Assembly (NCBI RefSeq): GCF_001194135.2
Contig: NC_068982.1
Coordinates: forward strand, 186,177,195 to 186,241,194
From: Octopus bimaculoides
Taxonomy: Eukaryota
DNA: 64,000 nucleotides
Direction: 5' to 3'
The position numbers were made by a program, and so were the translations under genes. Positions 1-12,418 of the stretch are shown piece by piece (the first letter of the stretch is position 1; the number at the start of each line of letters is the position of its first letter). A model generated the notes under the pieces. That model made no database searches. It had not been told where the DNA came from and saw only the letters and a list, made by a program, of their open reading frames with translations.

Positions 1-34
1 TTTTTTTTTTTTACAATATGTTAAATTAATTTCA

Positions 35-325
<291 letters not shown>

Positions 326-1663
326 TTAAATGATTCTGATAACAAGTTTTGTTATCATCATTACGTACAATTTATTAATTGAATCAACAAATAACTAATT
401 ATTATTGAGCCACAACAAGTAATTTTCACTACAATAATCATCATCTTCGCCGCGATTCTCTTACACATTTTAACATCTTCTCTTTTCCATTTTCAACAAA
501 ATTGTTGAGTTTTATGGGATTTCTTTCCATAAATTCACAACACATCATATATATGTATATATATATATATATATATCTATATATATATATATATCATCAT
601 CATTTAACGTCTGCTTTCCATGCTAGCATGGGTTGGACGGTTTAGCTGGGGACTGGCGAAGCGGATGGCTACACCAAGCTCCAATCTGNNNNNNNNNNNN
701 NNNNNNNNNNNNNNNNNNNNNNNNNNNNNNNNNNNNNNNNNNNNNNNNNNNNNNNNNNNNNNNNNNNNNNNNNNNNNNNNNNNNNNNNNNNNNNNNNNNN
801 NNNNNNNNNNNNNNNNNNNNNNNNNNNNNNNNNNNNNNNNNNNNNNNNNNNNNNNNNNNNNNNNNNNNNNNNNNNNNNNNNNNNNNNNNNNNNNNNNNNN
901 NNNNNNNNNNNNNNNNNNNNNNNNNNNNNNNNNNNNNNNNNNNNNNNNNNNNNNNNNNNNNNNNNNNNNNNNNNNNNNNNNNNNNNNNNNNNNNNNNNNN
1001 NNNNNNNNNNNNNNNNNNNNNNNNNNNNNNNNNNNNNNNNNNNNNNNNNNNNNNNNNNNNNNNNNNNNNNNNNNNNNNNNNNNNNNNNNNNNNNNNNNNN
1101 NNNNNNNNNNNNNNNNNNNNNNNNNNNNNNNNNNNNNNNNNNNNNNNNNNNNAAATGACCGAAACAAGTACAAGAATTAAAAGAAACAGAAGAAGCTGGT
1201 TTATGAAGCAAAGTCTTCTAACTTTATGACATTGTGATGAAAAGTTTAATTTAAACAGAAAGTTGTGTACGAGTATACCATGGAACCAGGAAGAGTCTCA
1301 GACACTGGCATCAAAGAGTTAAAGAGATTCATTTATGAGATGGAATCAAACAATGTATTCAATACTAGAATTTCAAGCATTGGAGAAATAATTAGTCCTG
1401 AAATTGTTTGGTTCTTGTTAGAATTGATTTTGTAGAAGAAAACTGGAGAAGTAACTTCAATGGGGTGGCCCAACCTGTTAAAAATAGCAGCTAAATTCCT
1501 TCAAGCAACACCCTACTTTATTTATAATGGAGTGACACATTGGGTACTGTAGTCTTAGGTCTATAAAAAGACAGGATGGTCATGGCTAGAGCATTTTTAA
1601 TCACTGGTCTGCTCAAGGAGGGCTGACCTAGTGTTAAACAACAACAGCCAATCTACATCTTAC

Positions 1664-1774
1664 CTGACTTGTGATCCTAGTCATGTGACCAAGGGCTGAT
1701 ATGTAAGAAAGACGACAAAGCACTTGAGTCATGCCACCTCGATCCATCTTGAACCTTTTAATTGACCAATTCCC
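1664..1774 (-). CDS. POLR3B: RPC2 exon 12 ([37 protein letters not shown])
   Basis: ttgcag / gtaaga, 111 nt. Confidence 0.97.
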
Positions 1775-1809
1775 CTGCAAAGGAAAAAGAAAAAGTTAAT
1801 CAGAAACTA

Positions 1810-2795
1810 ATTATACACCTCTTTTATTTTCGAAAATTAATTCTATTTACATTATTTACATTTGACAGATATTTGTCCTCATCTTGTTTCTGGTTAACAC
1901 GTTTCGGCTGATATACCCTCCAGCCTTCATCAGGTGCGTTGAGGAAATTTCGAACCTGGGTTCCTGTTCCTTAGGTATTTTTCAATGTTATTATTATTCA
2001 GGTCATCCGAGCGGGATCACTGCCAGAGCAGTGGTCTTGCTATTGTGCCGGTGACACGTAAAATGCACCATTTGAGCACGATCGTTTCCAGCTTTGCCTT
2101 ACTGGCACTTGTGCCAGTGACATTGGAACAAAACATTGGACTGACTCCTGTGCAGGTGGCACGTAAAAAACATCATTTGAGCGTGGCCGTTGCCAGTACC
2201 ACTGGACTGGCCCTTATGCCGGTGGCACATAAAAGCACCCACTACACTCTCAGAGTGGTTGGCATTAGGAAGGCCATCCAGCTGTAGAAACTCTGCCAGG
2301 TAAGATTGGAGTCTGGTGTAGCCATCTGGTTCGCCAATCTCCAGTCAAATCCTCCAACCTATGCTAGCATGGAAAGCGGACGTTAAGTGATGATGATGAT
2401 GATGAGATCACTGCTTTGAATCAAACTCGGAATCTTGCAGTTAGTAGACCGCACTCTTAACCACTACGCCATATGCCCGTGAGGAATTATGGAGTGAATT
2501 TTAGGGCTTATAAATCGAATATTTTCCTATCCTTCCTTAATACCGGTTCCCATATGCTACTCATATCTGCACTCAGTCTGCTTAGGAGGTTGTTGTGTCC
2601 TAGCATATGTGCTGCTTCTTTTAGTTTTCATATTTTCCAGTGGTGTTCTTTGTCTATTATTTTAACCTCATTCCACAGGGGGATATATCAGCTGAAACGT
2701 TGTGTTAACATCAAACAAGATGAGGGCAAATATCCCTCAAATGTAAATAATGTAAATAATGTACATAATTCATCATCTCTTAAATATAGAACTGT
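1810..2795. mobile_element. tRNA-headed, hammerhead-bearing repeat, copy 1 (minus unit 1810-2478 split by an RTE tail at about 2008-2404; inverted tail fragment 2675-2795)
   Basis: Minus strand: A-box TGGCGTAGTGG and B-box GAGTTTGATTC head; CTGATGA-A-GGCTG..CAGCC-GAAAC at 1938-1896 (cleavage triplet deleted). Plus fragment retains GAAACGTTGTGTT at 2694-2706. Confidence 0.65.
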
Positions 2796-3453
2796 AATTT
2801 TATTTACGTCTACCCCATGTGGCTGTGTGATAAGAAGTTTGCTTTTCAACCACATCATTCTGGGTTCAGTCCCACTATGTGGAACAGTAAGCAAGTGTCT
2901 TCAATTGTATCCGCAGGCTGACCAATGCCATGAATGGATTTGAGAAACAGAAACTGAAAGAAGCCCATTGTAAATGCAGGGGGGAGGGAGCATTACTGTC
3001 TCTTTGCCTTCACATCATGTGATAATTGTAAATGAATGTTACAGTCAGGCAAATGATGTCCATTTCCAACCTTCCATGAAAACATGTCTGGCCACAGGGA
3101 AAATATTACCTTGCCTAGAAAAAGGGGAGAGTTGGTGACAGAAAGGGCAGAATTTGTTGCAGATTTTCTACAGCCACCAGAGGCCCTTCCTGTTGCCAAC
3201 CAAGGCCTGTTTCCAAACTAGGCAATATTTCCTGATATGTTTTCCTCAGAAGACTAGAAACAAACAACACTGCTTGTATGGTGGTGATGCTTGTTTACAA
3301 CCCCAACAAATTCTATCAGACTGATATGAGCATGGAAAATTGAATGTTAAAACAATGATGACGGTGGTGGTGATAGCATTGATGATGGTGATGAATAACA
3401 AACAAAAGAAAAGGGTTTCAAAATCCAAGAAATAATACCAAAATATATCTTAC

Positions 3454-3567
3454 AGTTGATATGGCATTGACCAAACCATTTGTGATTTGATCTTGTCTCA
3501 TGTGTTTCACAATATCAAACTGTGTGGCTCTCTGTTTAGGGATGGTCATATCGGCAATTCTTTTCAA
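3454..3567 (-). CDS. POLR3B: RPC2 exon 11 ([38 protein letters not shown])
   Basis: tttcag / gtaaga, 114 nt. Confidence 0.97.
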
Positions 3568-3767
3568 CTGAAATAAATAAAGGATTTCTTTCAACAAAAC
3601 AGATAAACCCTTTTCACAGACAACCTGCCTGAAACCATGTCTGACTTTTATTATAAAAAAACCTTTAATTTTAAAATGTTCACCCTTACATCTAAACCTG
3701 CTGCAACTTAGGATTCAGAACCTCCTTAAGCAACAAACACCAGATTAATTATTATAAGGTTAGTGGT

Positions 3768-4124
3768 CATTGCCAGAGCAGTTGTCTGGCTTCCGTGCTG
3801 GTGGCACGTAAATAGCACCATTTGAGCGTGATCGTTACCAGCATCGCCCTACTGGCTCCTGTGCAGGTGGCACGTAAAAAACACCATTTTGAGCATGGCC
3901 ATTACCAATACCGCTTGACTGGCCCTCGTGCCGGTGGCACGTAAAAGCACCCTACACTCTCGGAGTGGTTGGCATTAGGAAGGGCATCCAGCTGTAGAAA
4001 CTCTACCGAATCAGATTGGAGCCTGGTGCAGCCATCTGGTTCGCCAGTCCTCAATCAAATCGTACAACTCATGCTAGCATGGAAAGCGGACGTTAAAAGA
4101 TGATGATGATGATGATGATGATGA
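3768..4124 (+). repeat. 5'-truncated RTE 3' UTR, representative copy. Others at about 597(-), 2008, 5137, 9190, 10713(-), 10960, 12030, 12549(-), 14985, 16465(-), 23860, 29050, 30183(-), 51790(-), 62384(-), 63378(-)
   Basis: Internal GGTGGCACGTAAAAAGCACC units, CATGCTAGCATGGAAAGCGGACGTTAAA(GAT)n end. At 30400-30506 and 38560 it is contiguous with the RTE ORF end, so it is a LINE tail. Confidence 0.88.
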
Positions 4125-4631
4125 TTCTGACACCAACCCTCCTGAGACTGTCTCTGGCTCATCATAATCATTTTAATGACCCCTTCTCAATGTTTCTATG
4201 GGTCAGGCAGAATTTGTTGCAGATTATCTAGAGTCAGAGGCCCTTCCTGTCGCCAACCCAGGCCTGTTTCCAAACTCGGCAATATTTCCTGATATGTTTT
4301 CCTCGGAAGATTAGAAACAAACAACACTGCTTGTATGGTGGTGATGCTTGTTTACAACCATCATGTTGTTCGTTTCATGCCTTCCATGGAAACTATGTCC
4401 TGGCCCTGGGGAAATACCACCCTTGCTTGGAAACGGGTGAGGGCTGGCAACAAGAAGAGTATCCGGCTGTAGAATATTTGCCTTAGTGACCTCTGTCCAA
4501 CGCATGCAAGCATGGAGTAGTGGACACTAAAACAGTGATGATGATGATGATGGTGACATGGGACTAAAAGGACAAAACAAAAGAGGAAAAACAAAACAAA
4601 AGAGAAGAGCAAAACATGGAATCGTCCATAC

Positions 4632-4817
4632 CTCACTGTTGAATTTCTTGAAAAGATCTTCAAAAAGCAAAGACAGCAACTGTCCAGCCATTTCTAACCG
4701 TTTGTTCCCATAATAATCACGATCATCCATCTTAATACTGGCTCCCTGGGTCATAATCACCCGCCTCACCATCAGGGCAAGGTACGCTGCCTTCACTTTA
4801 AAATTCCACTGGACTAC
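4632..4817 (-). CDS. POLR3B: RPC2 exon 10 (VVQWNFKVK...[32 protein letters not shown])
   Basis: tttcag / gtatgg, 186 nt. Contains the [15 protein letters not shown] signature. Confidence 0.98.
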
Positions 4818-4838
4818 CTGAAAAATAAATAATAAACA

Positions 4839-4914
<76 letters not shown>

Positions 4915-5498
4915 TTGCTATTATGCAAAACTGTTCCAAGTCCAAAACGTTGCTTTTTCAGAAAACAAAAAAATAGCATTACCATTCCTTAGTAAAACCG
5001 TTGTGCTACACTTTGACAATTTTTGACATCTTGGCATCTGAAACAACTGGAGATACGATAGTTTGACCAAAAAATAAATATTGAAAGGAAAATGCATTTG
5101 CCCAAATTTGGACATACAATAGTTTCACATAATAGCAATGTGGACACTAAACTCTGCTTACGAAGACCTGTTGAGGCAAGTGAAATCGAAATCGGACCAT
5201 ATTTGATGACTGGCACCTGTGCCAGTGGAGCACTAACAGCACCATCCGAGCATGATCATTGCCAGAGCAGCTGTCTGGCTTCCATGCTAGTGGCCCGTAA
5301 ATAGCACTATTTGAGCGTGATCGTTACCAGCATTTCTAACTTTCCAGACCTCAATCAAACCGTCCAACCCATACCAGCATGGAAAACAAACGTTAAACAA
5401 TGATGGTGGTGGTGGTGGTAATGATGAAATGCAGTGGATTTCAAAAGAAATATGGTAACAAAAGGAGTTAATAGTGAAATTGGAAATGAAAAACTTAC

Positions 5499-5615
5499 AG
5501 GAACATGAGCAAGAATCACACCATGTAGAATATCCCTAGCTTCTTCCAGTTTGCTTTTCTTTGGTTCGTTCCACATTCTGCGGACCCGCACTTTACTTCC
5601 GATGTACCTTAATGC
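5499..5615 (-). CDS. POLR3B: RPC2 exon 9 ([39 protein letters not shown])
   Basis: cttcag / gtaagt, 117 nt. Confidence 0.96.
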
Positions 5616-6779
5616 CTGAAGAATAAAACAGAGACAATATAAAACAACATGGCTGTGTGTGTGTGTGTGTGTCTTAGTTTTGGAATCGGTCCCTCATGTC
5701 ACTTGCATGTCATCATTTGGCAACATGAAGGGCACCTGGCTGTAAAACACTCAGAAAACACATCCAAGCCATACCAGCATGGAAAAGCAGACATGAAACA
5801 ATGATGATGATGATGATGATTGTGGTAGTAGTGGTGTTGATGACATTGATGGTGGTAGTGATGATGATGATGATGATGATGACAACAACAATGGTGGTGT
5901 GTCCTTCCAAATTTCTTTTTAAGAAGGTTACATGTGATATGAGAATAATTTGGCTGCTATTCCTTGCAAGAACAGCAATTGCAGAGAAAACCAACAAAAG
6001 TCAATTGGACAATCACAGAGAGAGAATACATTCAATTGATGTTCAGCTGAAGTTTTAGATGGGAAAATAAGAAAATGGGAGTGGAAATGACGTTTTGAGT
6101 ATTGATCTACATCGGAAAGAGAGGAAAAAGGAAGAAAAGGGGAAAGGAGCAGAAAGAGCCCAGAGAAAAGCATGGGTCTTGTGCATGTGTGTGTGTGAGT
6201 GTGTAGCATTGGCTGGGAAGATTATTGTCTTCTTGCTATGACATCATGATAATTGTAAATGAGGGTCACTGACATGCAAGCATTATCAAATAACAACCAT
6301 CCGTGGAAAACATGTCTGGCCATGAGAAAATATTGCCTTACTTGGAAAGAGACGAGGGCTGCTAACAGGAAGGCTGTCCAGTGGTAGTAAATCTGCCCTA
6401 ACAAATTCTGTCTGACCCATGTAAAGCAAAGTGGAGGCTCATGGCTTATGGTTAAGATGTTGGACTCATGACCATAAGATAGTGGTTTCGATTCCTGGAC
6501 CGGGTAATGCGTTGTGTTCTTGAGCAAAACACTTCATTTCAAGTTGCTCCCGTCCACTCAGCTGGCAAAAGTGAATAACCCTGTGATGGACTAGCATCCC
6601 ATCCAGGTGGGGAAATTATACGCCATGAAACTGGCCCTTATGAGTCAGGTTGATTCAGAAAAGTAACTTTTTAAAGCTTTACAGGTAAAGCAGGGAAAAG
6701 TAGATGTTAACACAAAGATGAATCCACCAAATGGGTTTTCTTATCAAGATTAGAAATCCATGTCGTTTCAAAGACTCAC

Positions 6780-6929
6780 CTGGTTACACGTATAGACCTG
6801 AGCTTTGTGGCATTCCTCCATACAAGGAGCAATCGATGCTAAAACCTCTTCTTCACAACCAATCATCTGGATAATTTCTTGGTCACACTCAATACCCATA
6901 CCTTTGAAGGCTATTGCAACAGGAATGTC
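6780..6929 (-). CDS. POLR3B: RPC2 exon 8 ([24 protein letters not shown]...VYTCNQ)
   Basis: ttgaag / gtgagt, 150 nt. Confidence 0.96.
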
Positions 6930-6952
6930 CTTCAAAGATAATACAAAAAAAT

Positions 6953-7569
6953 TACGGTTCTATATTTAAGAGATGAGGAATTATGGACATTATTTACACT
7001 ACTTACATTTGACGGATATTTGTCCTCATCTTGTTTGCCGTTAACCATACGTCATATGCCCATTGACATATGGCGTAGTGGTTAAGAGCGCAGGCTACTA
7101 ACCCCAAGATTCTGAGTTCGATTCCAGACAGTGACCTGAATAATAATAATTTTTTCATTTTTTTTTTTCATTTTATTTAGTTTCAGCTCATGAGCTGTGG
7201 CTATGCTGGGGCACCGCCATTTGGTGTTGCTACGTAATTTTACTTCACAAATGCTTTTCAGGAATTGACATTTGGTGCACGAGAGAGTTTGATGCAGCTG
7301 CCCTCATCTGCACCTCCTGCTGCGAAGTTGGTTCATCTGGGACACTTGACTGGAAGAGGTCCAGCTTTATTTTGAAGACACCTACATTCAACTCATGTAG
7401 GTCTCTCAGGTACTTCAGGAGGATATTGAAGAGCTGTGGACCTCTGAAGCCCAGGCTATTGCAGTATCTTGTCCTACATCTTCAACAACATCGAAAAATA
7501 CCTTAGGAATGAGAACCCAGGTTCGAAATTTCCCCAAGACACCTGAAGAAGGCTGGGGGAATATCAACC
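6953..7569. mobile_element. Same family, copy 2: head-to-head palindromic dimer, split by a LINE 3' end
   Basis: Minus tail 6953-7048 fused to a degraded inverted head (taaccatacgtcatatgccc); plus head 7070-7140 with A/B boxes; (AAT)n; then GACAC-CTGAAGA-A-GGCTG at 7538-7555, running into a gap. Confidence 0.65.
7165..7488 (-). mobile_element. CR1/L2-type LINE 3' fragment
   Basis: Reads ...GFRGPQLFNILLKYLRDLHELNVGVFKIKLDLF...PDEP, then tail GGCGGTGCCCCAGCATAGCCACAGCTCATGAGCTGAAACTA and an A-rich end. Confidence 0.75.
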
Positions 7570-7914
7570 NNNNNNNNNNNNNNNNNNNNNNNNNNNNNNN
7601 NNNNNNNNNNNNNNNNNNNNNNNNNNNNNNNNNNNNNNNNNNNNNNNNNNNNNNNNNNNNNNNNNNNNNNNNNNNNNNNNNNNNNNNNNNNNNNNNNNNN
7701 NNNNNNNNNNNNNNNNNNNNNNNNNNNNNNNNNNNNNNNNNNNNNNNNNNNNNNNNNNNNNNNNNNNNNNNNNNNNNNNNNNNNNNNNNNNNNNNNNNNN
7801 NNNNNNNNNNNNNNNNNNNNNNNNNNNNNNNNNNAAAACCCCAAGATTTAAACTGTTTGTATTTAATTTAAGCCCTTCTCCAGTTACCCCAACCCTCTCT
7901 TTTATAATGTGAGT

Positions 7915-8255
7915 AGCCACTTCTTCACTACAGTTTTCACTTCCTCATTACTGGACAATCATCTCTTCAGCCCCATGAAAAAGGGTTTGAGAGGCAAACA
8001 TTATTCCAGTGATGAAGAAGTGAAAACTGTAGTGAAGAAGTGGCTCAAAGAACAGTCAACAGAATTTTACGGGGCAGGGATACATGCTCTCATTCGAAGG
8101 TGGAACATTGCTATTGAGAGAAACGGTGACTATGTTGAGAAGTAGGGATGTGACCCACAGAGGACCAGCTTCATTTTGATGTATGATACATGTTCCTGTG
8201 TTGGTAATTATACCTGTCCTAAACAAAATGGCATTACTTTTTGACTCACCCTCAT
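7915..8255 (+). mobile_element. Mariner 3' end with a fold-back at the truncation point
   Basis: NHLFSPMKKGLRGKHYSSDEEVKTVVKKWLKEQSTEFY...RWNIAIERNGDYVEK; right TIR TACTTTTTGACTCACCCTCA-TA. Confidence 0.88.
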
Positions 8256-8405
8256 AAATTAAACTGAGAAGAAAAAGTAAACCTTTAATCTTTTATGACA
8301 GATTTAAACTATTTCGATTATAAATTAAAATGGTTGCACACAAAATTGTAAACATTATTATGTTCTGAAATAGCAATAAAAAGACCAAGTTATTTCTTTA
8401 TTTAC

Positions 8406-8487
8406 CTCAGTAAAAATATTATGTTTCAGGTAATATCTACTCTGTTTGGTTATAACATATGTCTTACTTTTCCTCTCATGGGTGGAA
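8406..8487 (-). CDS. POLR3B: RPC2 exon 7 (STHERKSKTYVITKQSRYYLKHNIFTE)
   Basis: ttttag / gtaaat, 82 nt, phase 2 to 0. Confidence 0.95.
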
Positions 8488-8515
8488 CTAAAAATGAAAA
8501 AAAAAAAAAAATCAA

Positions 8516-8549
<34 letters not shown>

Positions 8550-9822
8550 TAGGTGTTTCGTTTCTGTATTTGGCTTGCAAGATTCTCAATGTGGACGCTT
8601 GTGTTAAAAAACAAAACTTGTATATTAGAAATGTCATTACTCCTGTAATAACAAATACATACACAGTGTGTGTGTTTATTATTATTGGCGTTATGACCCT
8701 CCCAAAACACAACAAGAATAATTAGATAAAAATCAATAATGGTTAAAATCTATAAAATGGTCGATAATTTTAAGATTTATCTCCTTTTAAACCTGGCAGC
8801 CAGAGTAAGGGAGATAACTAGTGTCTGAAACTAAGCTCCACATCCAAATTGACACAAGAGGGCGAGGGATGTATGTGTGGTTCAGAAATTCACTTCCCAA
8901 ACACGGGGTTTCAAGTTCATTCCCACTGTGCGTCACCTTGGGCAAGTGTCCCTGAGCAGACCAAAGCCTTGTAAGTGGATTTAGTAAGCAGGAACTGAAA
9001 GAAGCCATTAAATCTGCCATACCATTCAATTTGACTGGTATATTCTGCCCAGAATATTCTGTTATATGTATCCTAGCCTCTAGACCAGTGGTTCTCAATC
9101 AGGGTCCACATGACCCTTGGGGATCCATATAAGAGTTTGTTGTTATGTGCAATAAATTGCTTATACACAAAATATTTTAACAGTTTCTAATACAATTCCG
9201 GCTGGAGGCATGTTAAAAGCGCCCACTACACTCTCGGAGTAGTTGGCATTAGGAAGGGCATCCAGCTGATGCAGTGTAAACGCACCCATACCGGAGCTGT
9301 GTAAATGCACCCATGCTGATGCTGTGTAGATGCACCCTTGTCGGTGCTGCATAAATACACCCATGCCAGTGGTATGTAAAAAACACCCTGTCCAATCTGT
9401 TAAGTGGTTGGCATTAGGAAGAGCATCCAGCTGTAGTAACCATGTCAAAACAGACAATTGGAATCTAGACAGCCCCATAACTCCGTGTCAAACGTCCAAC
9501 CCATGCCAGCATGGAAAGCAGACATTAAATGACAATGGTGATGATGGTGATGAACTCCCCTGGGTCCACGAAACAAAATCCCAGTCAAGTTGTGGCTTCC
9601 AATTCTTTTCTCTTTTAATATTGGCAAAATTACATTTTGAAAGGGTCACAGGGACTACCCAGTGTTCCTTTAGTTCCAAGAAATGAAGGAGGGTTGAATG
9701 AAGGGCTACTAGCAATCCTTTCCCGTCTAGCACCCTACAAAAATCATCCAAAGAAACCGGGGACAGCCAATATAGATGGACCAATGTGCCATACAAACAA
9801 GAAAGAGGTGAGAAATCCTTAC

Positions 9823-10032
9823 CTTGTTACGGAACATTCTATATAACCCTTTTTGTCAATGTCTACAATCATTCGATTCTTAGACATTTGTTCTTGGATG
9901 AGAATCACTTTCTCTGTTCCTTTTACAATAAAATACCCTCCTGGGTCCATTGGACATTCTTTCAACTTGGCCAGCTCTGATGGACTCTTTCCAGTCAATA
10001 CACAATTAGAACTTCTCAACATGATCGGCATT
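9823..10032 (-). CDS. POLR3B: RPC2 exon 6 ([10 protein letters not shown]...[20 protein letters not shown]...CSVT)
   Basis: ttctag / gtaagg, 210 nt. Contains GGYFIxxGxEKV. Confidence 0.98.
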
Positions 10033-10818
10033 CTAGAATAAAATAGAAACAGATAAGATTAATGTGTAAGGTTCATAGGTGCAGGCAGGAGTGTGTGGAT
10101 AAGATGCTTGCTTCCCAACCACATGGTTCCAGGTTCAATCCCACAGCATGGCAACTTTTACTATAGCTCAAGGCCAACAAAAACCTTGTGAGTGGATTTG
10201 GCACATGGAATCTAAAAAGAAGCTCTGTCTCTCTCTCCCTTCTTGTCTTGACATCGTTGGAGAGTTACAAGCAAGCATCACTGCCAAACCAGTGGAATTA
10301 ACTGTTTCCAGTCTTTTGCGAAAAATGCATCTGGCCATAGGGAAGTATCTCCATGCGGGGAAACAGGTGAGGGTTGGCGACAGGAAGAGCATCCCTCCGT
10401 AGGAAATCTGTCTCAACTAATTCAATCTAAGTGTATGTGTCTCAGTGTCTGTGTTTCAGTGTGTTTGTGTTTCTGTGCGTGCGTGTTTCTCTGTGTGTGC
10501 GTGTGTTACTCTGTGTGTGCATGTGTTTCTCTATGTGTAAATATGTTTCTGCGTGCGTGTGTACATACGTATGTGTTTCTGTACCCTTGTCTTGCCATCA
10601 TGACATCAAGTGGTGACTTAAAACGAGTGTCACAGTCATACAAGTGATCCTGTTTCGTTTCCAGTCTGCCACAAAGAAATATCAATCTGAAAACTAAAGA
10701 ATTACAAACCTAATCATCATCGTCATCGTTGTTTAACGTCCGCTTTCCATGCTGGCATGGGTTGGACGGTTTGACTGAGGCTGACCTCTCCGATCAAAAT
10801 AAATTTAGTTTAGTCTTA

Positions 10819-10941
<123 letters not shown>

Positions 10942-11888
10942 TTACAATTATTTAATATCATCATCATCATCATCGAAACTGAACCAAATTTGATGACTGG
11001 CACCCAGGCCAACCTTCCCTCATTGGACACTAAACTCAGCTTGCGAAGACCTGTTGGGGCAAGTGAGATCGAAACTGAACCAAATTTGATGACTGGCACC
11101 TGTGCCAGTGGGGCGTTAACAGCACCATCCAAGCAAGATCACTGCCAGAGCAGAGGTCTTGCTCCCATGCTGGTGGAACGTAAAAAGCACCATTTGAGCG
11201 TGGCCGTTGCCAGTACCACCAGACTGGCTCTCGTGCCAGTGGCACGTAAAAAGCACCCACTACACTCTCTGAGTGGTTGGTGTTAGGAAGGGCATCCAGC
11301 TGTAGAAACTCTGCCAAATTAGATTGGAGCCTGGTGCAGCCATCTGGTTTCACCAGTCCTCAGTCAAATCATCCAACCCATGCTAGCATGGAAAGCGGAT
11401 GTTAAATGATGATGATGATCATCATCATCATCATCATTGTTTTAACGGTCACTTTTCCATGATTTCGTGGGTCAGACAGAATCTGGTGAGGCAGATTTTC
11501 CACAGCTAGACACCCTTCCTGTCGGGAACCTTCACTTGTTTCTAAGTAAGGTAACCTTTCCCCAGGGTCCCACATCTTTTTATTGAAAGGCTGGAAATGA
11601 AGGACACCACTTGCATGAGGGTAAACAATCACATGATGTCAAAACCAAGAAACACACAAACACAAGACGGGCTTCTTCTAGTTTCTCACAATGAAATCTA
11701 CTCACAAGGCTTTGGTTGGCCCAGGGCTATAGTGGAAGACACTTGTCCCAAGATGCCATGCAATGGAAGTGAACCTGGACCCATGTGGTTAGGAAATGAA
11801 TTGCTTAACCGCACAGACAGACCTCTATCTGTGTGGATGTTTTTTAGAGTAAGTACACCATACCCCTGGATGTCAGGATAGGCAACTA

Positions 11889-12418
11889 CAAGGGGATGTT
11901 GAAAAGTTCCTGGCTTTAAGGGTATCATGAAAGGCCTGGTTGGAAGCCCAACCTTCAAAGTTCTTTTACAGGGCTTAGAGAAACACTAAAGGACCATTAC
12001 AATAAGTGTGTGCATCTGAGAGGGGAACATGACATTCGAGCGAGTTCGTTGCCAGTGCAGCTGGACTGGCTCCTGTGCAGGTGGCACGTAAAATACACCA
12101 TTTNNNNNNNNNNNNNNNNNNNNNNNNNNNNNNNNNNNNNNNNNNNNNNNNNNNNNNNNNNNNNNNNNNNNNNNNNNNNNNNNNNNNNNNNNNNNNNNNN
12201 NNNNNNNNNNNNNNNNNNNNNNNNNNNNNNNNNNNNNNNNNNNNNNNNNNNNNNNNNNNNNNNNNNNNNNNNNNNNNNNNNNNNNNNNNNNNNNNNNNAT
12301 GCCAGCATGGAAAGCGGACGTTAAACGATGATGATGATGATGATGACGAAAATTATAATTAACTGATCCTGCTGCATTTGCTTTTACCCAAAGCCAGGAA
12401 CTTTTCAGCACTCCCTTG
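11889..12418 (+). mobile_element. Mariner deletion derivative (MITE) interrupted by an RTE tail
   Basis: TIRs CAAGGGGATGTTGAAAAGTTCCTGGCTTT / AAAGCCAGGAACTTTTCAGCACTCCCTTG, TA on both sides, internal KDHYNKCVHLRGEH. Confidence 0.88.

Noticed and set aside
7070-7140. tRNA gene
   Set aside because: A and B boxes are present but the acceptor stem does not pair and it is embedded in a repeat; same for 6432 and 39283.
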